Shown here: one piece after another, positions 45,622-53,731 of the stretch
Position numbering within the stretch: the stretch's first letter is position 1
How the letters are laid out: the number at the start of each line of letters is the position of its first letter
DNA from: Pseudomonas phage pPa_SNUABM_DT01
Strand: one strand, 5' to 3'
Sequence record: MW735835.1
Length of the DNA: 64,000 nt
Program-made: the position numbers and the translations under genes
The notes under the pieces: model-generated
Told to the model about the DNA's origin: nothing
The model's input: the letters and a program-made list of their open reading frames with translations, nothing else
The model's database searches: none

Positions 45622-45658
45622 ACGGGAGGGGTGCACCCCTCCCTTTCTTTTTGTTTTG
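45622..45658 (+). terminator. rho-independent terminator
   Basis: GGGAGGGGTG-CA-CCCCTCCC followed by TTTCTTTTTGTTTTG. Confidence 0.8.
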
Positions 45659-45677
45659 ATTCGAATTATTTTCGACA

Positions 45678-45687
45678 ATACATGATA
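45678..45687 (+). promoter_or_regulatory. candidate promoter motif variant ATACATGATA, followed by GTGAATATCC
   Basis: It shares both halves (ATACAT.AT. and GTGAATATC) with the element at 8837-8860. It lies 34 nt upstream of the 45721 start. Confidence 0.25.
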
Positions 45688-45720
45688 GCGGTGAATATCC
45701 CCACCAATGTCTAAGGAGAC

Positions 45721-45978
45721 ATGATGAACCGTATCGAAAACGATGTAATGGGTACTCACGTCCTGCTCAACCTGGTCAAAGAGATCATGGACTGTGCCAT
45801 CAACATGAAGGACGAAACCACAGCCGAACGTATCCAGATGGTCCGCATCTGGTTCAACCGCGCCAAGCCGTCCGTTCAGCAGGATGTTGAAATGTTCCTG
45901 CGCCACATCCTGGCTGGGGAAGAAGAACACCAGACTCGTCTGGTTCGTTCTGCTATCGACATCATCATCACGAAATAA
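45721..45978 (+). CDS. hypothetical small protein
   Basis: CTAAGGAGAC Shine-Dalgarno element. 85 aa. Confidence 0.55.
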   Translation: MMNRIENDVMGTHVLLNLVKEIMDCAINMKDETTAERIQMVRIWFNRAKPSVQQDVEMFLRHILAGEEEHQTRLVRSAIDIIITK

Positions 45979-45987
45979 GGGATCGCC

Positions 45988-46710
45988 ATGCACAACCTGA
46001 ATGAGTTCACTGAAGACCAGTACGGCAACTTCATCATCGAGCACGATGGTGTAGAGGTCAACTACGGTCGTCTGCGCCTGATCGGGACCGAGTCGGGCAT
46101 GATGTTTGTGACCGATCTTCGTAACTACGGCGACATGGTCGAGATCTTCATGGAGGATTCGCTCTCCATGGAGAAATTCGATGGGCGGGCTAACTTCCAC
46201 CTTACCATCGAGATCGGTGAGCGAGGGGAAAGCAACTTTGTACGTTTGTGGCCGGTGCTCAATGAGGATGTCGATCGCCTCTGTCGAGTACTGACCGTGG
46301 AAACAGGTAACATCGTCGAGGTGTCGCACGAAGGCCATGTCTTGGCGGTTTATGACCGCCATGAGCTGAAGGAACAGTCTCACAACCTGGACTACTTCGA
46401 CAGCGAAGTCGCTCCCGATGCCGTCGAGGCCACTTCCTGGCCTCGACTGGAAATGGACTTCGACCTCGCGGCGAAGATCCTCAGTGAGTCCATCCGCGAC
46501 GAACTGCGTGATCATGCATTCGGCGATAAGGAAATCTACTGGCGAGATCAACACGGCCACCAAGTTGCCACGGGTTACTACGGTTCCTCTGGCGTCGAAG
46601 TGGGGATGTGCGGGTTCGACATCAACTTCTCTGAAGAAGAAGCTCGTCAGCTGGTTGGGCTGGGGACTCTGGGTGAAGTCCAGCGAAACGACTCCCAGGG
46701 GGACGAGTAA
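45988..46710 (+). CDS. hypothetical protein
   Basis: AAGGGA Shine-Dalgarno element. 240 aa, acidic. Confidence 0.7.
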   Translation: MHNLNEFTEDQYGNFIIEHDGVEVNYGRLRLIGTESGMMFVTDLRNYGDMVEIFMEDSLSMEKFDGRANFHLTIEIGERGESNFVRLWPVLNEDVDRLCRVLTVETGNIVEVSHEGHVLAVYDRHELKEQSHNLDYFDSEVAPDAVEATSWPRLEMDFDLAAKILSESIRDELRDHAFGDKEIYWRDQHGHQVATGYYGSSGVEVGMCGFDINFSEEEARQLVGLGTLGEVQRNDSQGDE

Positions 46711-46833
46711 GAAATAACCAGGTCTGCTAGATGTATGATAGCAGGCCTGGTCTTGCAATAAATCGTATGAGGGTGTAAACTCTCTGCCACACAAACAAGA
46801 AACCACCACTAACCAGACGCCAAGGAGTGTCTA

Positions 46834-47163
46834 ATGAACGAAGCGCTTGGAAAGCGTGATTTGAAACGGATTCTTTCCGTTCGTTTGGATCAACTGGTGC
46901 ACGTCCCGAAGTTCTTTGACGATACTGGTTTTTCCACCCTGGGCCATTGCCTCCACGTGGAGGTAGATCGTGAAGACGGGTTGATCAAGTACGACCTGTA
47001 CGGTAACGTGGTAGCCCAAGCTCGTATCACCACTGGCGGCGTCGGTGACATTGAAGTCGTCGACAAGAAAGTGTGGGACGAGGATGAGTTGGGATTGGAT
47101 ACCCTGATCGAGTGCACGTGCGATTGCATGGGTATCTCTCCCAGGGAGATGTACAACATCTGA
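46834..47163 (+). CDS. hypothetical protein
   Basis: CAAGGAG Shine-Dalgarno element. 109 aa with a C-terminal CTCDC motif. Confidence 0.6.
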   Translation: MNEALGKRDLKRILSVRLDQLVHVPKFFDDTGFSTLGHCLHVEVDREDGLIKYDLYGNVVAQARITTGGVGDIEVVDKKVWDEDELGLDTLIECTCDCMGISPREMYNI

Positions 47164-47170
47164 TCCGAAA

Positions 47171-47200
47171 AGAGAGGGGCTTCGGCCCCTCTTCTTTTGC
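47171..47200 (+). terminator. rho-independent terminator
   Basis: AGAGGGGC-TTCG-GCCCCTCT followed by TCTTTTGCCG. Confidence 0.8.
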
Positions 47201-47227
47201 CGTTTGACCATAACCAGGAGAAAGCCA

Positions 47228-47644
47228 ATGCGGAACCTCACCGCCAAGCTGTTGGTCTCAGCCCTCAAGGTACTGCATGCCGAAGAGACGTTCTTAGACA
47301 CGTGCGATTGGGAAACCTTACCCGATTACCGGATCGTCCGCATCACCCATGATGGGGAATGGAACAGCATCATCACCTTCGGCAGTAATAAGAACAAACT
47401 GACTGGCACAGTCAGAGTCAACTACAATGTACTCCGTCGTCATCTGATGGATCTCAGTTACAGCATCATCGAGACGGCTGGTGCTTCTTTCCAGACCTTC
47501 TCCAAAGCGGGTTATCCCGGGTTCTTCTTCAAGATCATGGAAAAGAAGAACCGCAAAGGAGAAACCACATTGCAGCGCCTAGAACGTGAAGCCGCAGAAG
47601 TTCAGGCCAAGCACGAACGCATGATCGCTGACAAGAAGAAATAA
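47228..47644 (+). CDS. hypothetical protein
   Basis: AGGAGA Shine-Dalgarno element 6 nt upstream of ATG 47228. 138 aa with a basic coiled-coil C-terminus. Confidence 0.6.
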   Translation: MRNLTAKLLVSALKVLHAEETFLDTCDWETLPDYRIVRITHDGEWNSIITFGSNKNKLTGTVRVNYNVLRRHLMDLSYSIIETAGASFQTFSKAGYPGFFFKIMEKKNRKGETTLQRLEREAAEVQAKHERMIADKKK

Positions 47645-47747
47645 ACGGATAGGGGACTTCGGTCCCCTCCCCCGTCAAGCCGACGAACGGTAATTGACAC
47701 GTAGCTGGGTTATGCTACAATTCAACTAAGGCCACATGGAGGGCAAC

Positions 47748-48014
47748 ATGAATGCAATAAATAACAAGAAAGGTACGAGAATGAAGAAAGTTGTAAACTG
47801 GTTCACCAATCGCTTGGACAAATGGTTCAAGTTCAAAACTGTCAAGCTGTTCAATTTCGAGGCTGAAGACATGAAGGTAGTAGGCTACGGGCTGATCACT
47901 CTGGCATTCGCAATCGTCATCAACGCGGGTGTCAACGCTTACGCGATACATGAAGGTAAGACTATCCATCAAACCTTTGAAGTCAACATCATCAAGAAGG
48001 AGGAGGCTAAATAA
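47748..48014 (+). CDS. small single-pass membrane protein
   Basis: GGAGGG Shine-Dalgarno element. 88 aa with a hydrophobic segment VVGYGLITLAFAIVINAGVNAYAI. A/T-richer codon usage than the neighbours. Confidence 0.5.
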   Translation: MNAINNKKGTRMKKVVNWFTNRLDKWFKFKTVKLFNFEAEDMKVVGYGLITLAFAIVINAGVNAYAIHEGKTIHQTFEVNIIKKEEAK

Positions 48015-48031
48015 GAGCGGCACGAAAATAA

Positions 48032-48070
48032 ACCCAGGCCAAGACGGCCCGGGCTTTATTTTTTGTTTTG
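48032..48070 (+). terminator. rho-independent terminator
   Basis: CCCAGGCC-AAGAC-GGCCCGGG imperfect stem followed by CTTTATTTTTTGTTTTG. Confidence 0.6.
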
Positions 48071-48117
48071 AAGGAATCCTATGCGTTAATTTTTCTTTTG
48101 TCCGCTAGGGATTCATT

Positions 48118-48723
48118 ATGAGATCTTTACTTATGGCGGGAGCCATGGTCAAGTCCGACATCAGAGGCAGTGTACTGTTCCAGACCAGTGGAACATTCAA
48201 ATGGAAATGTCCTGAAGGAGTCACCAAGGTATCGATAGCCCTTGTAGGTAGCGGTGGCTCTGGTTATTGGGAGAACCGTCAGATTGGTGCTGGCGGTAAC
48301 GTGCGGTTCGTCAACGACGTTCCCGTTGTTCCAGGTACAGAATACAACATCACCATCCCCAGTCAACGTGCAGCGAAGAACCTCAACGCCGATAACAGCA
48401 CCAGCGCTCTTGGCTATACGGCTAACTCTACGTTGTCCGCCACTGTACTGGGTGGTAACGGTCAACAACCACTCCAATCTCTTGGTAGCTCGATGCGAGC
48501 AGGCGGCGCGGTAGGTTATGTTGCCAGTGGTACCACTGGTCAAGGTATCAATCTCCTGACCTTCACTGCAACCGCCCCTTCCAGCGGTGGACGTTACGAT
48601 GGCCAAACCGCCGGCGGTGGTGGTGGCTACAATGGATCGAGTGCAGGTCTTGGTGCCGTGGGTGCCGTCCGCATTCTTTGGGGTAAAGGTAGAGCCTTCC
48701 CTTCCACCGATATTGTGGACTGA
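48118..48723 (+). CDS. glycine-rich protein (possible fiber/structural glycine-rich domain)
   Basis: VSIALVGSGGSGY, GAGGN and a GGGGGYNGS tract. 201 aa. AGGGA Shine-Dalgarno element. Confidence 0.6.
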   Translation: MRSLLMAGAMVKSDIRGSVLFQTSGTFKWKCPEGVTKVSIALVGSGGSGYWENRQIGAGGNVRFVNDVPVVPGTEYNITIPSQRAAKNLNADNSTSALGYTANSTLSATVLGGNGQQPLQSLGSSMRAGGAVGYVASGTTGQGINLLTFTATAPSSGGRYDGQTAGGGGGYNGSSAGLGAVGAVRILWGKGRAFPSTDIVD

Positions 48724-48724
48724 C

Positions 48725-48758
48725 AGCATAGAGCCCGGCATCTGCCGGGCTCTATGCT
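48725..48758. terminator. bidirectional terminator (CATAGAG...CTCTATGC family)
   Basis: A 16-bp stem AGCATAGAGCCCGGCA-TCT-GCCGGGCTCTATGCT between convergent genes. Confidence 0.8.
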
Positions 48759-48759
48759 C

Positions 48760-50490
48760 TTATGCTGCTTCCAGCGCCAGCTCTTTCTCGAACTCTGCCA
48801 GCAATTCCCACGGATCGGGAGCCTTCATCGTCTCGGTCATGATCTCGATCGAGTTCACAGGACCACCTGTAAGGTTGATCCCCACCAGACGTTGCTTGCT
48901 CGCCGTCACCCCGGCAATCCGACAGACCTCGTACATCGTCGTCATCTTCGACAGGTTGAGAATGATCTCACCGTTCGGATACGTCGAACCGATGTCAGCG
49001 TCAGACGTGTACCGCCGCACGTAACTGCGTACCGAGGGCAGGTCCTTGATCATGAACACGCCGTTGGCCTCTACGAGGCTAGTTGGCAAGGTCACAATCC
49101 AGTCATCTTTACCCAGAAGCAGTTTGTCCAGCTCATCTTCCATCCGGTCCGACAACGTACCCGCCACCATCCCATCTTTGAGCATGTCAAAGTAGAAGTC
49201 GTTGACGTTACGCTTCGGGTTCGAGTTGAAGATGCTGTACTCGGACGATCCCGACAGAATGCCAATCTGAGTGTTGAGGTCAGTGACTTTCTTGTCCAGC
49301 AGTTCCACACCCAAGCAGTCGTAGACGTTATACACCACGTAGTTGACTTTGTAGTGCTTCTGCATCTGCATGTGCCATTCGACACTACCAGACGCTGCGG
49401 TGGAGTCACCTGTCGGGAAGTAGAGCTTGCCCCAATCCTCGCCCAGGTTTTTCTTCAGAATTGCATCCAACGCATAGCTGGGTTCTTTACCCTTGGCCCG
49501 ACGGATGTTCCGGTAGACGGCTGCCGAGTCGATCCAGATGTGGCTGGAGGGTGTCTCCACCACGTGCCAACGATCGTACCATGCCAGGTTCTCTGACTTA
49601 CCATCGGCCTTGACCTTGGTTTCAGGACCCCGCTTATAACGGAAGTACTTGAACGGTTCCGGCACTTCCGGCGCACTGAACACCTCAGCCAGGTTGTAGC
49701 CTTCCATCTCCAGCGCACGGAGCATCACCGTGATGTCGAAGTCCATGTTCCAGAAGGACACGAAGTCTGGCTGCCATTCGTGACACTTGTCGATGCATTC
49801 CTTGACCATGGCCCCAGGGGACTTCATGATCTTGATCTCGAACTCGATCCCACGCGGCCTGGTGATGTGACCCAAGTGCTGGTCCAACGCTGCCTTAATG
49901 GTGTTGATCGGATCAGGGATACCGGCAATCCAGGTGTCCAGAATGGTCACGATGGCCTTGTTGTTGAAGGTCACCGTCGAGATGATGATGTCCTTACCCC
50001 CGTTCTCGTTCCACATGTCGGTCTCGGTGTCGAGTACCGCCACCTGGTTCGAGCGGAACAGTCCAGGCCATTTCTCCTGGTACTGACGTTTGATGAGGGT
50101 CGAAGGACTGATGTCGGCACCGTAGATGTATTGGTTCCGGCATAGGGTCTTTAACTGCTGCTTGGGGTTCCCGTAACCCAGACGGCGCACGATCTGTTGG
50201 TTCAGATCCCGCTGAGTGGTCTCACACTGGATAAGCTTATCCATGTACTCCACTTCTTTTTTGTCTTTGTGGTTGCGGTACTTCTCCTTGGTGATCCAGA
50301 AGGGTCGCTTACGGTTCGGATAGAAACGAAGTCGGGTCTGGTGAGTGCCATCCTTCAGATGGACGATCTCTTTGACCGTCAGCAGGTCATCGGTATCGTT
50401 CGCTGCTGATTCGGTATAAATGGCGTGTTTGCACTCGAGCCCAATGATGTCTTCTGGTTTGAAGACAGGTGCTTTCTTAACGACGGTCAT
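48760..50490 (-). CDS. DEDDy 3'-5' exonuclease, family B DNA polymerase exonuclease module (stand-alone)
   Basis: Exo I VAVLDTETD (D-x-E), Exo II FWNMDFDITVM (N-x2-FD) and Exo III VVYNVYDCLGV (Y-x3-D) occur in the PolB order. Start taken as ATG 50490 (AGGAAG Shine-Dalgarno). The track's GTG at 50496 is a less likely start. Confidence 0.75.
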   Translation of the reverse strand: MTVVKKAPVFKPEDIIGLECKHAIYTESAANDTDDLLTVKEIVHLKDGTHQTRLRFYPNRKRPFWITKEKYRNHKDKKEVEYMDKLIQCETTQRDLNQQIVRRLGYGNPKQQLKTLCRNQYIYGADISPSTLIKRQYQEKWPGLFRSNQVAVLDTETDMWNENGGKDIIISTVTFNNKAIVTILDTWIAGIPDPINTIKAALDQHLGHITRPRGIEFEIKIMKSPGAMVKECIDKCHEWQPDFVSFWNMDFDITVMLRALEMEGYNLAEVFSAPEVPEPFKYFRYKRGPETKVKADGKSENLAWYDRWHVVETPSSHIWIDSAAVYRNIRRAKGKEPSYALDAILKKNLGEDWGKLYFPTGDSTAASGSVEWHMQMQKHYKVNYVVYNVYDCLGVELLDKKVTDLNTQIGILSGSSEYSIFNSNPKRNVNDFYFDMLKDGMVAGTLSDRMEDELDKLLLGKDDWIVTLPTSLVEANGVFMIKDLPSVRSYVRRYTSDADIGSTYPNGEIILNLSKMTTMYEVCRIAGVTASKQRLVGINLTGGPVNSIEIMTETMKAPDPWELLAEFEKELALEAA

Positions 50491-50496
50491 TGGCAC

Positions 50497-50619
50497 TTCC
50501 TGAAACTGAGTGGAGTATATTGAAGGTGGTTATACAAATGGATATCGGGCCTTTGTAAGAATTTACGCCAATCTCTATGATTGGGTACTTACGCCAAGCC
50601 ACTTTTAAGAGACTCTGTC
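50497..50619. promoter_or_regulatory. divergent intergenic region with promoter-like element TATACAAATG-GATATCGG
   Basis: Lies between the divergent exonuclease (-) and peptidase (+) genes. The GATATCGG half matches GAATATCGG at 8852. Confidence 0.3.
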
Positions 50620-51936
50620 ATGAAACAAGCACTCGTTGCATCTCTGGAGGCCATCGACTTCCAGCGGAACTCCACCCTCATCAAGGAGATGGGGATGCAG
50701 TTCGACACCTGCCTGCGAGACCCGTCCAAAGACACCTTCAACAAGTGCTCCGAGGCGCTCTCCGCCATCGCTTTCAAGCACACCAAGATGAAGTTCCGCT
50801 TCCACTTCGTTCGTCTTGGTGGTCCGAACGCCTTCGTGATCCCGCCGCAGGCCGACATTGCCAACCCGATGCGCCCTGACGAAATCGCCACCAAGGTTCA
50901 GCGCCTGGGTCGCATGCCCACCGAGCAGGAGCTGTTCAAGGGCACGGTGGATCTGAAGACCGGCCAAGTTGGTGGCATCTACTCGGAAATCCCGATCGAC
51001 ATCTTCACTGCTGTCGAGTTCTTCACCGACCGCAACATGGGCAACATCACCGGCGACCACATCGCTGCGATCTCTGCTCATGAAATGGGTCACGGCTTCA
51101 CCTACCTGCGCTACCTGGGCCAGATGGTCCTGTCCAACTGCGCCGTGGCCGAGATCATCAAGAAGCAGCACGAAGGCGCTGACGACAAGGTGGTCCAGGA
51201 AGTCGTCAAGGTGGTCGAACAACGCACTGGCTGGCGCCTGCGCGATCTGGGCGAAATCAACCGTTCCACCGATCCACTGGTGGTCCAGCAAGTGATCATG
51301 GCTGGCATGGTGGACAGCATCCGTTCGGAACTGGGCACCAAGTTCTATGATCGTCGCGCTTTCGAGTTCTCTGCTGACCAGTTCGTGGCCCGTCACGGCG
51401 GTGCTCAACTGATCGTGGAAGCTTTGGACATCATGTACAAGTCCTACCCGGCGTACTTCAAAGAGTACCGTGGCCGCATGGCGAACATCATGTCCTCTCT
51501 GGTCGGCTACGGTCGCCTCGTTCTCGGCTCCCTGATGGTTGCCGGCGGCATCATGATGGTCCAGCCGCTGTTCTTCATCTTCGGTCTGTTCATGGTCCTC
51601 ATGAGCCTGTTCGGCGGTGGCGATGACGGTATCTACGACCCGATTCCCAAACGCTACGAAGCGATGCGTCGTGAGCTGATTGCGTCCTCCAAGGACCAGA
51701 ACCTCTCCATCGCACAGCGTAAAGAGATCATCGACCAGATCACTGCAATCGACAGCATCCTGGAAGAAGTCGCCAAGAACTCCAAGGGCTATTTCGCTCC
51801 CGACGTTGCCATTGAGTTCCTCAAGGGTATCTTCAACGGCCGACCGGCTGAGCAGAAGTTCCAGCGCATGCTCGAGAACCTGGTCAACAACCGCCTGTTC
51901 GAACTCTCCAACCAACTTCAAGCCAAATCGGTGTGA
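50620..51936 (+). CDS. membrane-anchored M48-family (HtpX/Ste24-like) zinc metallopeptidase
   Basis: HExxH as SAHEMGHGF. A downstream third zinc-ligand motif RRAFEFSADQFVARHGG (E-x-x-A-D, as in the M48/M56 family). A C-terminal hydrophobic region LVLGSLMVAGGIMMVQPLFFIFGLFMVLMSLF. Confidence 0.75.
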   Translation: MKQALVASLEAIDFQRNSTLIKEMGMQFDTCLRDPSKDTFNKCSEALSAIAFKHTKMKFRFHFVRLGGPNAFVIPPQADIANPMRPDEIATKVQRLGRMPTEQELFKGTVDLKTGQVGGIYSEIPIDIFTAVEFFTDRNMGNITGDHIAAISAHEMGHGFTYLRYLGQMVLSNCAVAEIIKKQHEGADDKVVQEVVKVVEQRTGWRLRDLGEINRSTDPLVVQQVIMAGMVDSIRSELGTKFYDRRAFEFSADQFVARHGGAQLIVEALDIMYKSYPAYFKEYRGRMANIMSSLVGYGRLVLGSLMVAGGIMMVQPLFFIFGLFMVLMSLFGGGDDGIYDPIPKRYEAMRRELIASSKDQNLSIAQRKEIIDQITAIDSILEEVAKNSKGYFAPDVAIEFLKGIFNGRPAEQKFQRMLENLVNNRLFELSNQLQAKSV

Positions 51937-51938
51937 AC

Positions 51939-52373
51939 ATGAAAATCCAGCGCCTCCTGCAACTCCTCGAGTCCGTTCCGAAACCCGAGCTGCGTAAGCC
52001 CTTCCTCGAAACCGCCCTGGCCGTCGAGATCGCCTACAGCCTGGCCCTGCCCAGTGGTCGTGTTGAAAGCGTGGTCGCCCACTTCGACCAGTTCCACGCC
52101 GAACAGGTGAAGCAGATCATCGGTGAAGTGAACGAACTGTACCCGTTCAACGTCAACGTCACCTACAACATGGTCGTCGACGCTTTCAAGAACCGCTACG
52201 TGATCTGCCACGAGCCCTGCCTGCTCACCGCCGATGACATCGCAGCCCAACTGCGCCGTCCGGCCTTCCAGATGTCCGTGGACCCGGTGCACGCCGAAGT
52301 CCTCCAGGCCGGTTACAGCAAACTGCTGCGCGATGACCTCTGCGAGTTCATCCGCCGGTTCATTCCTGCCTAA
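51939..52373 (+). CDS. hypothetical protein
   Basis: Tightly coupled to the upstream gene (stop/start GTGTGAACATG). 144 aa. Confidence 0.6.
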   Translation: MKIQRLLQLLESVPKPELRKPFLETALAVEIAYSLALPSGRVESVVAHFDQFHAEQVKQIIGEVNELYPFNVNVTYNMVVDAFKNRYVICHEPCLLTADDIAAQLRRPAFQMSVDPVHAEVLQAGYSKLLRDDLCEFIRRFIPA

Positions 52374-52380
52374 TCACACC

Positions 52381-52410
52381 GAGGGGAGCCTAGGCTCCCC
52401 TCGCTCTATG
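52381..52410 (+). terminator. terminator-like hairpin
   Basis: GAGGGGAGCC-TA-GGCTCCCCTC followed by GCTCTATGAGG (family motif, short T-tract). Confidence 0.6.
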
Positions 52411-52421
52411 AGGACTGATCT

Positions 52422-53687
52422 ATGCTGATCTCCGAATCCGGGGCAATCGTAGACCCGAACGAACTCGCGGCTTGCCTCGAGACCACGCCTGAAGAGCTGG
52501 CTGCTCAGGATCAACAGATCCTTGAAGCCTCTCTGGAGGACCTGCTGGAAGATCTCGAGGGCAATATCAACATTGCTCCTGACGAGGACATCCCGGTAGA
52601 CGTGCTCGAACCGGCCATGGAATCCATCCTGAATGTCGCCAACGGCATCCTTGATGCTGGCGCTATCTCTCGTTCGGATGCCCAAGCCCTGCGTCAAATG
52701 ACAGCGTCTTTGGAGGGCTTCCAGGACACTTTCACCAACATGCCGATGGCATCGTTCACCGAACTACCGTCGAAGGTCAACTACGACGCTTCGATGGAAT
52801 CGGTCCTGAGCACCGTGGGCCGGAAGATCGTCGAAATCATCAAGGCGATCATCAAGTGGGTGAAGGAAAAGGCCAAGGCTATTGTCGGTTTCTTCCGCGA
52901 CAACCGCATGAAGGCCAAGAAGACCGAAGAAGCTTCCAAGAAGGTCAGTGAAGCACTGAAGGCCTCTGAAAAGAGTCTGGAAGAGATCTTCCTGTCTGCG
53001 GTCAAGCCAGAGCACCTGAAGCCCGACGGTCAAACCGAATTCCGTACTCGGAAGAAAGGCCAGAAGGTCGATTTGCACATCAACTCGCTGGCTGCTCACC
53101 TGAGTGACAACCCGACGAGCATCGGCAAGGTACAGACCTTCATCAATGCCTTGTCCGGTGGTGCGAAAGCCATGTTGACCAGCACCACTGATCTTCAGAT
53201 GGCCAACGTGACCGGTCTGGATTCGATGTTGTTTGCCGAGAAGACACCGTACACCAAGGGCGACTCCGCCCTGGAATCGACTGCCTATCTGCACGCCATC
53301 GCCAAGCGCCTGGCCAGCACTGTCGCCGACGTCGACGTGATCACCACCGACACCCCTGAAGCCGATGTCAATAAACGTCTGGCAGTGTTCGATGGGTCCA
53401 AGATGGCCAATCTGGCCATGATCATGGCAGTGCCCTTGACCAACACCGCGAATGCCGCGGCAAAAGGTCTGGAAGAGGTTAAAGCCGAGATCACCACGCT
53501 GACTAAGGACAACGTCCGCCTGACGAACGAAGACCCGCTGTACGTGAAGGCTCGTCATTACAAGGCTATCACGCAGATGGTCGACGATCTGAACAGCGTG
53601 TACGGTTACGTCATGAAGGCGTGGACCGATCTGATTTCGGTCGGTGCCAAGGTGGCCAAAGATCCGGGCTACGGCATAGCGGCCTGA
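52422..53687 (+). CDS. hypothetical protein, 421 aa (probable virion/internal protein)
   Basis: GAGGA Shine-Dalgarno element. Strong codon bias. Acidic N-terminus, no motif. Confidence 0.8.
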   Translation: MLISESGAIVDPNELAACLETTPEELAAQDQQILEASLEDLLEDLEGNINIAPDEDIPVDVLEPAMESILNVANGILDAGAISRSDAQALRQMTASLEGFQDTFTNMPMASFTELPSKVNYDASMESVLSTVGRKIVEIIKAIIKWVKEKAKAIVGFFRDNRMKAKKTEEASKKVSEALKASEKSLEEIFLSAVKPEHLKPDGQTEFRTRKKGQKVDLHINSLAAHLSDNPTSIGKVQTFINALSGGAKAMLTSTTDLQMANVTGLDSMLFAEKTPYTKGDSALESTAYLHAIAKRLASTVADVDVITTDTPEADVNKRLAVFDGSKMANLAMIMAVPLTNTANAAAKGLEEVKAEITTLTKDNVRLTNEDPLYVKARHYKAITQMVDDLNSVYGYVMKAWTDLISVGAKVAKDPGYGIAA

Positions 53688-53696
53688 CATGCAACA

Positions 53697-53726
53697 TACA
53701 GGGAGGGGCAGTTGCCCCTCCCTGTA
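53697..53726. terminator. bidirectional terminator
   Basis: ACAGGGAGGGGCA-GT-TGCCCCTCCCTGT followed by ATGCCG, between convergent genes. Confidence 0.8.
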
Positions 53727-53731
53727 TGCCG

